NCBI GenBank assembly: GCA_015064205.1
Contig: SVSR01000004.1
Location: 35,092 to 99,091, forward strand
Direction: 5' to 3'
Source: Oscillospiraceae bacterium
GTDB lineage: Bacteria > Bacillota > Clostridia > Oscillospirales > CAG-272
Length of the DNA: 64,000 nucleotides
Made by a program: the position numbers and the translations under genes. The notes beneath the pieces were generated by a model that did no database searches, had not been told where the DNA came from, and saw only the letters and a list, made by a program, of their open reading frames with translations. Below are positions 18,810 through 27,145 of the stretch, in pieces. Position 1 is the stretch's first letter. Every line of letters begins with the position of its first letter.

Positions 18810-19261
18810 TTTGATTCACTCTCCATTATTTTAAACTTTTTGAAAATACCTGCTGGTACTATTATTTTTTACACGTTTGAGCTTGTTTTAAACATTGTTT
18901 TTAAAATTTATTTTTACAGGTATGATCCGAAGCATCAATCAGCCGTTTAAAGCGATGCTTCTCTAATATTTTACTCAGCATAACCTCTTTGGGTGATGAA
19001 TATAATAGCATAACACCGGCTGAGTTTTTACACGAATTTGCTCTCTTTTCTCACCATTAGGCAAACAACAACGAAAAATAACAGTTTTTGCAAAAAATTT
19101 GCAATTATCGTTTTGTTTTCACCTTATCTATACTAAGTAAGTTCGTTTTCTGCAACTTTTTTCGCAAAACTTGCAATTTCCTCTTCCATTTTCAAAAAAT
19201 ATATGCTATACTGTTCCTGTAAGAAAAAATTCAGCGATTTTGTTGAAAGGAAACGGCAAAA

Positions 19262-20478
19262 ATGGCAGATAAGATTTTAATGAAAACACCGCTTGTCGAA
19301 ATGGACGGCGATGAAATGACACGGATCATATGGAAAATGATAAAGGACATACTTATCCTTCCTCATATAGATCTCAAAAGTGAATATTACGATCTCGGTC
19401 TTGAATACAGAAACGAAACGGACGACAAGGTAACCGTTGAGTCCGCAGAAGCAACGAAGAAATACGGCGTTGCTGTAAAATGCGCAACCATAACGCCAAA
19501 TGCGGCAAGAATGAGCGAATATAACCTCAAAGAAATGTGGAAAAGCCCAAACGGTACTATAAGAGCCATTCTTGACGGAACAGTATTCAGAACACCTATA
19601 CTCGTAAAAGGAATAACCCCTTACATACCGTCGTGGACCAAGCCTATAACTATTGCACGTCACGCTTACGGCGACGTATATAAGAACGTTGAAATGCAGG
19701 TGCCCGCAGGATCAAAATGCGAGCTTGTATGCACGGACAAGGACGGAAATGAAACACGTGAGATTATTCACACATTCAAGAATTCGTCAGGCATTATCCA
19801 AGGACTTCACAATATAGATGAGTCTATCGAAAGCTTTGCACGTAGCTGCTTTAATTTTGCACTTGACACAAAGCAGGACGTATGGTTTGCAACTAAAGAT
19901 ACTATTTCCAAAAATACGATCACCGCTTCAAGGATATTTTTTCTGAGATATTTGATAATGAATATAAAGAAAAGTTCGATGCGGCAGGCATTGAATACTT
20001 CTATACGCTCATCGATGACGCTGTTGCAAGGGTTATCAGAAGCGAAGGCGGTTACATCTGGGCATGCAAGAACTATGACGGAGACGTCATGAGCGACATG
20101 GTTGCTACTGCATACGGAAGCCTTGCCATGATGACCTCCGTTCTCGTTTCACCTGACGGAGTTTACGAATACGAAGCGGCTCACGGTACGGTACAGCGTC
20201 ACTATTACAAGCACTTAAAGGGCGAAGAAACGTCAACAAACAGCGTAGCTACGATATTTGCATGGTCGGGCGCACTCAGAAAGCGCGGCGAGCTTGATGA
20301 TCTTCCCGAGCTTGTAAACTATGCCGATATGCTTGAAAAGGCAACGATCGACACAATCGAATCGGGCATTATGACAGGCGACCTTGCTTCAATGTCAACG
20401 CTTGAAAATAAGAAGAAGGTTAACACAGAACAGTTCCTTGTTGAAATCGGCAAAAAGCTTGATGAATATTTAGCATAA
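19262..20478 (+). pseudogene. icd: NADP-isocitrate dehydrogenase (eukaryote-like subfamily II), interrupted by a 1-nt frameshift
   Basis: ORFs 19262-20092 and 20089-20478 are the two halves of one IDH of about 405 aa. Frame 2 reads ..[10 protein letters not shown], and frame 1 continues (K)[64 protein letters not shown]. The junction is at the A5 run 19910-19914. Confidence 0.85.
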
Positions 20479-20482
20479 TACA

Positions 20483-20515
20483 AAAAACGCCTCCTTTGTT
20501 AAGGAGGCGTTTTTG
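20483..20515 (+). terminator. icd terminator
   Basis: AAAAACGCCTCC-tttgttaa-GGAGGCGTTTTT. Confidence 0.8.
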
Positions 20516-20542
20516 TGTAAAAATTTCTTATAAAAAATGTAT

Positions 20543-20570
20543 TGACAAACGAGAGTATATTTGATATAAT
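20543..20570 (+). promoter_or_regulatory. Consensus sigma-A promoter of the tRNA pair
   Basis: TTGACA (20543-48), 17 nt, TATAAT (20565-70). Confidence 0.75.
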
Positions 20571-20591
20571 ATATCACGCAGTCAAAAATCC

Positions 20592-20668
20592 GGCCTGGTA
20601 GTTCAGTTGGTTAGAACGCTAGCCTGTCACGCTAGAGGTCAGGGGTTCGAGTCCCCTTCAGGTCGCCA
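20592..20668 (+). tRNA. tRNA-Asp (anticodon GUC), CCA encoded
   Basis: Cloverleaf folded by hand: acceptor GGCCTGG/TCAGGTC (two G.U), D arm GTTC..GAAC, anticodon arm CTAGC-CTGTCAC-GCTAG, T arm AGGGG-TTCGAGT-CCCCT. Confidence 0.95.
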
Positions 20669-20672
20669 TTTT

Positions 20673-20748
20673 GCTGATATGGCTCAGTTGGTAGAGCACA
20701 TCCTTGGTAAGGATGAGGTCCCCGGTTCGAATCCGGGTATCAGCTCCA
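20673..20748 (+). tRNA. tRNA-Thr (anticodon GGU), CCA encoded
   Basis: Acceptor GCTGATA/TATCAGC, D arm GCTC..GAGC, anticodon arm CATCC-TTGGTAA-GGATG, T arm CCCGG-TTCGAAT-CCGGG. Confidence 0.95.
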
Positions 20749-20750
20749 AA

Positions 20751-20778
20751 AAGCACTTGCTTTCGCAAGTGCTTTTTT
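20751..20778. terminator. Bidirectional terminator (tRNAs / araC-like gene)
   Basis: AAGCACTTGC-tttc-GCAAGTGCTT + T run. Confidence 0.75.
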
Positions 20779-20780
20779 GT

Positions 20781-21656
20781 TTATATATTTTCGTTTGTTT
20801 TTTTAAACTCGAGCGGTGTCATCTGCATGTGCTTTTTATATAATCGGTAGAAATTCGAATAATTTCTAAAGCCTACTTCGTACGCAGTTTTCTCTATTGA
20901 ATCATTGCTTTGAATCAGATGATTAAAGAGATATATCCTGCGAAGAATTACGTAATTCATAACAGACATACCAACGTACTCTTTAAAAAGGTGCGAAAGA
21001 TACGATTTATTAATATTAAGCTTTGTTGCAACATCAGATATATTTATATCTTCTCTTAAATGCTTGTTTATGTAGAGTAAAGCGTTTTGTATGATCGGAT
21101 TTTTTCTTTCCTTGTTCTGAGAAGTTTCCGTATCGATAATTTTACCTATAAGTGCGAGTATTTCCACAACCTTACACGTTGCAATAATACTATTTAAACC
21201 GTCATTATTTTGTGCAAGCTCAATCATTTCTCTGAATTTTACGTCAAGGCCGTACTTACTTACCGTCTGTTCAGAAATAACGTTCCCTTCCGCTTTCTGC
21301 TTTTTATAAAACGGCATAAAGGCCGAGTGCGTATCATTAAGGAAGTTTTTCATCCATATTTCATTTGTTGTTATAGCGATCCTCTCGTGATACTGACCGT
21401 CATCAACTGTAAGCTTATACAATTCGGCCGGAGTAAATGCTATAATCTCTCCACCGCTTAAATTGTATTGCTTTCCCTCAATTTTCACATTTCCTGAGCC
21501 GGATACAAAATACACTAAAATTATGTTAAGTGTATGGTGCGGATCCGGTATTGTTGAGTCTTTAGCATACATTCCTGTTATATGCTTTAATCGATAGCAC
21601 GGGTTGTTGGTATATGAAATTCTGATAAAGCTATTCATAGTTTTTATTTCCCCCAT
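20781..21656 (-). CDS. AraC-family transcriptional regulator (cupin-like N-terminal + HTH_AraC)
   Basis: C-terminal double HTH (INISDVATKLNINKSYLSHLFKEYVGMSVMNYV..IEKTAYEVGFRNYSNFYRLYKKHMQMTPLEF). Confidence 0.85.
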   Translation of the reverse strand: MGEIKTMNSFIRISYTNNPCYRLKHITGMYAKDSTIPDPHHTLNIILVYFVSGSGNVKIEGKQYNLSGGEIIAFTPAELYKLTVDDGQYHERIAITTNEIWMKNFLNDTHSAFMPFYKKQKAEGNVISEQTVSKYGLDVKFREMIELAQNNDGLNSIIATCKVVEILALIGKIIDTETSQNKERKNPIIQNALLYINKHLREDINISDVATKLNINKSYLSHLFKEYVGMSVMNYVILRRIYLFNHLIQSNDSIEKTAYEVGFRNYSNFYRLYKKHMQMTPLEFKKTNENI

Positions 21657-21774
21657 ACCAATATAGCAGTATTATACATCATATTAACACAAATGTCAAT
21701 TGTATATGTTATTATGCTAATGTATAATTTATATACATTAGTAAATATGTATACTTTTGTTAAGGAGAAAAACT

Positions 21775-23412
21775 ATGAAAAAACTCTTGTCAGTTATTTT
21801 AGTTGCAGTGATTTTACTGTCATGTGTTCCTGCAATTTCGGTATCAGCTCTTGAAACAGTCAGTATTATAACAAAAAATACATCAGAAGAGCTTAGTTTC
21901 TCAGGCGTATTAAAGGGCGGCAGAACACTTGTCCCGGCAGAAGATATTGCAAAGGTGCTTGAGGCAACACTGACTTTTAATGAAGAAACAAAAACCGTTA
22001 CTATAGCCGCAAAGGACCGTACTATTATCTGCACACTGGTGCTTGACAGTACTGAAGCAAAAAGGCACGGTAGCAAATACACTCTAGATGTACCTGTTCA
22101 GATGATTGATTCAGAGATAATGGTTCCCGTAAGATTTGTTGCAGAATCTTTCTCTTATACGGTTGACTGGGTTTCAGAAACAAAAACCGTTATCATTACA
22201 AAAATAAACCTTATTCCCGACGCGCCCGACAGCGAAGGCAAAAAAGCAGTTATTGCGAGAGCAAGACAGCTTACCGAATTCACCTTCACCCCCCTGAAAG
22301 ATATGCCTGCCATGAGTGGCAGTGAAAGAATCACCTTTGAAGCAGGCAAAGAGTACAAGGGTATTCCCTATACCAATTGTGAATCAAACGATAAATATGT
22401 TGGCGAGAACGTATCCCTTGAAACCTTTATTTCCGCACTTGCAAACCCTGACAGCGTTCTTTACACAAAGGACTTATACGGTCAGTATAACGGCTCTACA
22501 TATTACGGCGTAGTTTGTAACTGTGTCGCACGATACAGCCTTGACATAAAGTCAAGATACAGTACAGAAAAATTCCTCTCTACTCCCGGCATGAAAGTTA
22601 TAGGAAGAAAAGGAAAGTACACTGCAGACGATATTGAACTTTGCGACGTACTCCATGCTTATGGAAGCGGAACAAATCACGTTGCTCTGATAACAGGCTT
22701 ACTTAGAAATGAAGCAGGCGAAGTAGTACGTATAGAGGTTTCAGAAGGAGTAAAGCCTTCGTGTAAGCGCAGAACATTTGACGTAGAATCATTCTTCAAA
22801 GGATTTGGCGCAAAATATACCCTTCTCAGATATGACTACGTTGACACTGTGCCTGCGCACAACACAGAATTTGATAACTTGGTTTTCGATGAAAATTATA
22901 AAACGCCCGAGGTTGCAGTTGATTACGGCAACAAATCAAACTATCTTGAAGGTCAGACAACTGTAATTTCATCCTTTGTTGAAGGTCAGAACAGTGTTCA
23001 GATCATCAAGGATGACATTGTTATCGAAGAAGTTGAAGTAAACGGTGTAAGCAAGTTTGAAAGAACTCTTTCCAAGGGCTATTACAAAGTAAAGCTTGCA
23101 GGCAGCGATGAATACACCGAGTTCTGCGTATGTAAGCCCGAGATCAGCTATACTTTGGACGGTAACGTTATTACAATTACCGCATCATCCGGTGACGAGA
23201 AGAGCAAGATTCACCATCTTGATTTCAGAGCTCCCGGTGACGACATATGGATGCCTTTAGCAAGCATACAGGAGCTTAGCGATGAGGAAATAGCAAGCGG
23301 AATAATTGAAAGAAAAGTAAACAAAAACTTTTCAGGAAACTTCAAGGTATCATTTGAAAACGAATACGGTATCTGGACACATCCGATGATAAAGATTGAA
23401 TTCAAAAAATAA
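21775..23412 (+). CDS. Secreted protein: copper-amine-oxidase-N-terminal-like 'stalk' domain + putative NlpC/P60-like cysteine hydrolase + beta-rich C-terminal region
   Basis: Signal peptide MKKLLSVILVAVILLSCVPAISVSA. Stalk pattern (GRTLVPAEDIAKVLEATLTFNEETKTVTI..IMVPVRFVAESFSYTVDW). A Cys..His pair in NlpC/P60-like spacing (YYGVVCNCVARY .. CDVLHAYGSGTNHVALITG). AAGGAG SD before ATG 21775. Confidence 0.6.
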   Translation: MKKLLSVILVAVILLSCVPAISVSALETVSIITKNTSEELSFSGVLKGGRTLVPAEDIAKVLEATLTFNEETKTVTIAAKDRTIICTLVLDSTEAKRHGSKYTLDVPVQMIDSEIMVPVRFVAESFSYTVDWVSETKTVIITKINLIPDAPDSEGKKAVIARARQLTEFTFTPLKDMPAMSGSERITFEAGKEYKGIPYTNCESNDKYVGENVSLETFISALANPDSVLYTKDLYGQYNGSTYYGVVCNCVARYSLDIKSRYSTEKFLSTPGMKVIGRKGKYTADDIELCDVLHAYGSGTNHVALITGLLRNEAGEVVRIEVSEGVKPSCKRRTFDVESFFKGFGAKYTLLRYDYVDTVPAHNTEFDNLVFDENYKTPEVAVDYGNKSNYLEGQTTVISSFVEGQNSVQIIKDDIVIEEVEVNGVSKFERTLSKGYYKVKLAGSDEYTEFCVCKPEISYTLDGNVITITASSGDEKSKIHHLDFRAPGDDIWMPLASIQELSDEEIASGIIERKVNKNFSGNFKVSFENEYGIWTHPMIKIEFKK

Positions 23413-23436
23413 TTATTGCATCCCCCTGGTACATGA

Positions 23437-23466
23437 AAAGGCTGAGCGGAAATCGCTCAGCCTTTT
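23437..23466 (+). terminator. Terminator of the 21775-23412 gene
   Basis: AAAAGGCTGAGCG-gaaat-CGCTCAGCCTTTT. Confidence 0.8.
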
Positions 23467-23486
23467 CTCTTGTTCTTTGAACTAAC

Positions 23487-23516
23487 AAAACCCCTCTGTT
23501 TTAGCAGAGGGGTTTT
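23487..23516. terminator. Second, bidirectional terminator
   Basis: AAAACCCCTCTG-ttttag-CAGAGGGGTTTT. On the minus strand it would end a gap transcript that runs through the repeat block. Confidence 0.7.
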
Positions 23517-23528
23517 ATCAATCTTTAT

Positions 23529-23697
23529 CAGACTCACGAGTACGAGTGAAGATTTTGAACTATATCAAACTTCACACGCTTTTCGCCCGTCCGGGCTCCG
23601 GACTCAGACTCACGAGTACGAGTGGAGATTTTAAATTACATCAAATTCCACACGCATTACGCCCGCGGGGGCTCCCCGCCCTGTCCGTGCTACGGAC
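23529..23697. repeat. Two tandem 76-nt GC-rich structured units plus a third hairpin, between the terminator and the gap stop
   Basis: Units 23529-23604 and 23605-about 23680 both begin CAGACTCACGAGTACGAGTG. Each carries two hairpins with compensatory substitutions (see findings). Extra hairpin GTCCG-tgcta-CGGAC at 23683-23697. Confidence 0.8.
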
Positions 23698-23703
23698 CCG
23701 CGA

Positions 23704-24738
23704 TTAAAGTTCTGCGAAGTACTTGATTGTTCTTACCATCTGGCTTGTGTAGGAGTTTTCGTTGTCATACCATGAAACTACCTGAACCTGGTAAAGGTCA
23801 TCGCCAATCTTGGATACCATTGTCTGTGTAGCATCGAAGAGTGAGCCGTATCTCATACCGATAACGTCGGAAGATACGATCTGGTCTTCGTTGTAGCCGT
23901 AAGACTCGGAAGCTGCTGCCTTCATAGCTGCGTTGATGCCTTCCTTAGTTACGTCTGCACCCTTAACAACTGCTGTAAGGATTGTTGTGGAGCCGGTGGG
24001 TACGGGAACTCTCTGTGCAGAACCGATAAGCTTGCCGTTGAGCTCGGGAATAACAAGACCGATAGCCTTTGCAGCACCTGTGGAGTTAGGAACGATGTTA
24101 GCAGCACCTGCTCTTGCACGTCTGAGGTCGCCCTTTCTGTGAGGACCGTCGAGGATCATCTGGTCGCCTGTGTATGCATGGATTGTGCTCATGATACCGC
24201 TCTGGATAGGAGCGTAATCGTTAAGAGCCTTAGCCATAGGAGCGAGGCAGTTTGTTGTGCAGGAAGCAGCAGAAATAATGTTGTCTTCCTTTGTAAGTGT
24301 GTTTTCATTTACGCTGAAAACGATTGTCTTAAGGTCGTTGCCTGCGGGAGCAGAGATAACAACCTTCTTTGCGCCTGCGTCGATGTGAGCCTGGCTCTTT
24401 TCCTTGGAGCAGTAGAAGCCTGTGCACTCGAGAACAACGTCAACGCCGATCTGACCCCAGGGAAGATCCTTCGCGTCCTTTTCTGCGTAGATCTTAAGTG
24501 TCTTACCGTCAACTGTGATAGTGTTTGCTTCGTCATCAGCACTTACTGTGTGAAGACCTTCGCCAACTCTGCCGCAGTAGCCGCCCTGAGCGGTATCATA
24601 CTTGAGAAGGTGAGCGAGCATTGAGGGCTTTGTAAGGTCGTTGATAGCAACGATCTCGTAGCCTTCTGCACCGAACATCTGTCTGAATGCAAGACGTCCG
24701 ATACGGCCAAATCCGTTAATAGCAACTTTAACTGACAT
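23704..24738 (-). CDS. gap: Glyceraldehyde-3-phosphate dehydrogenase
   Basis: [40 protein letters not shown] before ATG 24738; the listed ORF extends 26 codons further without support. Confidence 0.95.
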   Translation of the reverse strand: MSVKVAINGFGRIGRLAFRQMFGAEGYEIVAINDLTKPSMLAHLLKYDTAQGGYCGRVGEGLHTVSADDEANTITVDGKTLKIYAEKDAKDLPWGQIGVDVVLECTGFYCSKEKSQAHIDAGAKKVVISAPAGNDLKTIVFSVNENTLTKEDNIISAASCTTNCLAPMAKALNDYAPIQSGIMSTIHAYTGDQMILDGPHRKGDLRRARAGAANIVPNSTGAAKAIGLVIPELNGKLIGSAQRVPVPTGSTTILTAVVKGADVTKEGINAAMKAAASESYGYNEDQIVSSDVIGMRYGSLFDATQTMVSKIGDDLYQVQVVSWYDNENSYTSQMVRTIKYFAEL

Positions 24739-24955
24739 TGGAATTTCCTCCGTTTTATATAAATAATTTTTTACTGTTTTTTGGTGTGTTAAAAATTTAA
24801 CAACCTTTTTACACACCCCAACGTCTACTATTTTACCTTATTTCGGTCAAGTTTACAATAGTTTTGCGCTATTTTTAATAATTTCGTCATTTTTAATTAA
24901 AATAACAACTGATTTTTGTATCCATTAGGATATTTTTACATTAGTTTGACGGACT

Positions 24956-25690
24956 TTACTCGGCTTTTGTATATGTCAGCGCCGTTTTGAATTTATCAAG
25001 CTGATAATTATACAAAGCTTCAGTTTTCTTATGCCCTTTCATAAATGACATAGTTGACATGCGCCTTATACAAAAAAGCGTGTCATCGCCAAGCGACGAG
25101 AGCCCCTCAAGTGATCCGAAATCCGTATCCTTTAAATAAACGGCACACTCGTCATACGCGCCCTCGGGAGTATAGCCAAGCACATCTGCAAGTGGCAGAA
25201 ATCCGTTCGAATCATGCACAATTTTATATGTATACGGAGAAAGCAGACATATCACCGAGTCGCCGCCAAATATCTCCTGATTAAAGGTCTGCATCGCGCC
25301 CGACATCTGCGCGCCAAGCATCTGCTCGTTTATGATATATCCCTCATTCGCAGCACCCACCTCTTCTTCATGGGCATCGTTTGATTCGCTGATATCCTCA
25401 GGTGACATTATCGTTAACGTTCTAACTATCGCGTTTATCTCTCCGTCGCCATTATGGTCAATCTCGTCTATTTTTTCAAAAGTCTTCTCTATATACAGGC
25501 TTTCCTGCAAGGATACTACTTTGGGACCTGCATACAAAACGTATATATCGCCAACCTCACGCGTAAATATCTGAACAGTACTCACAATTATTATTGTAGC
25601 AAAAAGCGCTACTATGAGCACTATCCACTTATAGTGATACCAGAAATTATCAATCCATTTATAAAATTTTGTTTCATTGAAGTTGTTCAA
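24956..25690 (-). CDS. Single-pass membrane protein of unknown function
   Basis: N-terminal TM (YKWIVLIVALFATIIIVSTVQIF) followed by an acidic soluble domain. No family recognised. Confidence 0.55.
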   Translation of the reverse strand: MNNFNETKFYKWIDNFWYHYKWIVLIVALFATIIIVSTVQIFTREVGDIYVLYAGPKVVSLQESLYIEKTFEKIDEIDHNGDGEINAIVRTLTIMSPEDISESNDAHEEEVGAANEGYIINEQMLGAQMSGAMQTFNQEIFGGDSVICLLSPYTYKIVHDSNGFLPLADVLGYTPEGAYDECAVYLKDTDFGSLEGLSSLGDDTLFCIRRMSTMSFMKGHKKTEALYNYQLDKFKTALTYTKAE

Positions 25691-25823
25691 AAAATCACCG
25701 TCCGTTTTTCCCTTCTACACAATTTTATCACAAATATACGCGTGCTTCAAGTAAAATATAATTTATTTACAAAAAGTTGGTAAATAAAAATCCCGACTTT
25801 ATCAGCCGGGATTTCAAAAAATC

Positions 25824-26084
25824 TTAGTCGCTTACATAAGGCATAAGAGCAACTACTCTTGCACGCTTGATCGCAACTGTGATCTGGCGCTGGTGCTTTG
25901 CACATGCACCCGAGATTCTTCTGGGAAGAATCTTTGCTCTTTCGCTTGTAAACTTTCTGAGTCTTGCTACATCCTTGTAATCAATGTAGTCAATCTTATC
26001 AGCACAGAAAATGCAGACTTTCTTTCTCTTGCCCTTTGCACGGAAAGGCTTCTGAGCATCTCTGTTTTCTCTCACGTTATCCAT
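25824..26084 (-). CDS. rpsR: 30S ribosomal protein S18
   Basis: [56 protein letters not shown]. Confidence 0.95.
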   Translation of the reverse strand: MDNVRENRDAQKPFRAKGKRKKVCIFCADKIDYIDYKDVARLRKFTSERAKILPRRISGACAKHQRQITVAIKRARVVALMPYVSD

Positions 26085-26123
26085 TAGATGAAACCTCCTG
26101 TTAGTATTTTACCGTTCACTGAA

Positions 26124-26561
26124 TCAGAACGGAAGATCTTCGTCGTCAGCAACTATGTCAAACTTCGACTCTGCTGCGGACGAAGCAAACGGAACGTCTG
26201 CGCCCTGGCCATACGATGAATCCGACTTGCTGTCTACAAAGTACGCTTCATCAACCTGCACATCAACCGATGTGCGCTTATTGTTCTGCGCATCTGTCCA
26301 GTTTCTTACCTGAACCGAGCCAACAACGCAGATAGACGAACCCTTGCGAAAATACTTGGATATGAACTCTGCCATACCGCGCCATGCGACAAGGTTAAAA
26401 AAGTCTGTCTGCTGAGCCTGTGCATCATCACGGTTTGCGTATCTTCTGTTCACGGCAAGTCCGACAGATGTTACCATTACGCCTGAATTGGTCTGTCTGA
26501 GTTCAGGGTCGGCAGTCAGTCTGCCGCCGAGTGTTATCTTATTAAGATTAAAGTTAGCCAT
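26124..26561 (-). CDS. ssb: Single-stranded DNA-binding protein
   Basis: OB-fold N-terminus (NKITLGGRLTADPELR), acidic tip DDEDLPF. Confidence 0.95.
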   Translation of the reverse strand: MANFNLNKITLGGRLTADPELRQTNSGVMVTSVGLAVNRRYANRDDAQAQQTDFFNLVAWRGMAEFISKYFRKGSSICVVGSVQVRNWTDAQNNKRTSVDVQVDEAYFVDSKSDSSYGQGADVPFASSAAESKFDIVADDEDLPF

Positions 26562-26606
26562 AGCGTACGCTCCTTGTTTTTAATGTGCCTGTTTTCCTAC
26601 CCGCGA

Positions 26607-27002
26607 TTATTCTGCGTCTTCGGCAGCTTCTTCTGCAGCAGCTTCTACAACTTCTGCAGCCTTTGCAGCAGCGCTTGCAGCCTTTGCAGCCTTCTTTGCG
26701 AGCATCTTTTCGTCGAGCTTGATTACTACACAGCGCATGATACCGTCGGTAATACCGAAGATACGTTCGAGCTCAGCCGGGAAACTGGGAGCACTCTTGA
26801 AGTTAACTACTACGTAGTAGCCTTCGTTGAGATCGTTGATCGGGTAAGCAAGCTTACGGCTTCCCCACTCGTTGATCTCTTCAACAGTACCGTTCTTCGC
26901 AATAAGATCCGTGAACTTAGAAACAGTTGCCTTAACTGCTTCCTCGCCCTGAGTCATATCAACGATAAACATGGTTTCGTAGGATGAAATGATGTTAGCC
27001 AT
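26607..27002 (-). CDS. rpsF: 30S ribosomal protein S6 (with Ala/Glu-rich C-terminal tail)
   Basis: YETMFIVD..WGSRKLAYPI..GYYVVVNF; first gene of the rpsF-ssb-rpsR arrangement. Confidence 0.95.
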   Translation of the reverse strand: MANIISSYETMFIVDMTQGEEAVKATVSKFTDLIAKNGTVEEINEWGSRKLAYPINDLNEGYYVVVNFKSAPSFPAELERIFGITDGIMRCVVIKLDEKMLAKKAAKAASAAAKAAEVVEAAAEEAAEDAE

Positions 27003-27028
27003 TTTTACACCTCCTTGTGGACTTTAAG

Positions 27029-27065
27029 ACCGTGCGCTTCCACTTCTTCAAAATTTGCGCACGGT
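27029..27065 (-). promoter_or_regulatory. 5'UTR hairpin of rpsF (possible S6:S18 autoregulatory leader)
   Basis: 9-bp stem ACCGTGCGC..GCGCACGGT lies between the promoter and the SD. Assignment to the known rpsF-leader class is from context only. Confidence 0.3.
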
Positions 27066-27101
27066 AAGGAGAGCATACAAAAGTATGTCATACCGAATCC
27101 G

Positions 27102-27130
27102 ATTATATCACATAAATTTCCTGTTGTCAA
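27102..27130 (-). promoter_or_regulatory. Consensus sigma-A promoter of rpsF-ssb-rpsR
   Basis: Minus strand reads TTGACA-17 nt-TATAAT. Confidence 0.7.
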
Positions 27131-27145
27131 TACTTTTCATCTTAT

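Noticed and set aside
19187-19201. CodY-box-like sequence CATTTTCAAAAAATA upstream of icd
   Set aside because: It matches only 12/15 positions of AATTTTCWGAAAATT in very AT-rich DNA, which is not distinguishable from chance.
19905-19920. Programmed -1 ribosomal frameshift or transcriptional slippage in icd
   Set aside because: There is no X XXY YYZ heptamer in the zero frame, no obvious downstream stimulatory structure, and the A5 run is shorter than the runs known to support efficient slippage. Mutation or sequencing error is more parsimonious.
20607-20843. 78-aa ORF spanning the tRNA pair
   Set aside because: It is simply a translation of the tRNA-Asp/tRNA-Thr genes and their terminator.
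23529-23680. Could the tandem units be a CRISPR array?
   Set aside because: There are only two directly abutting 76-nt units with no spacers, the unit length is far above CRISPR repeats, and no cas genes are in the window.
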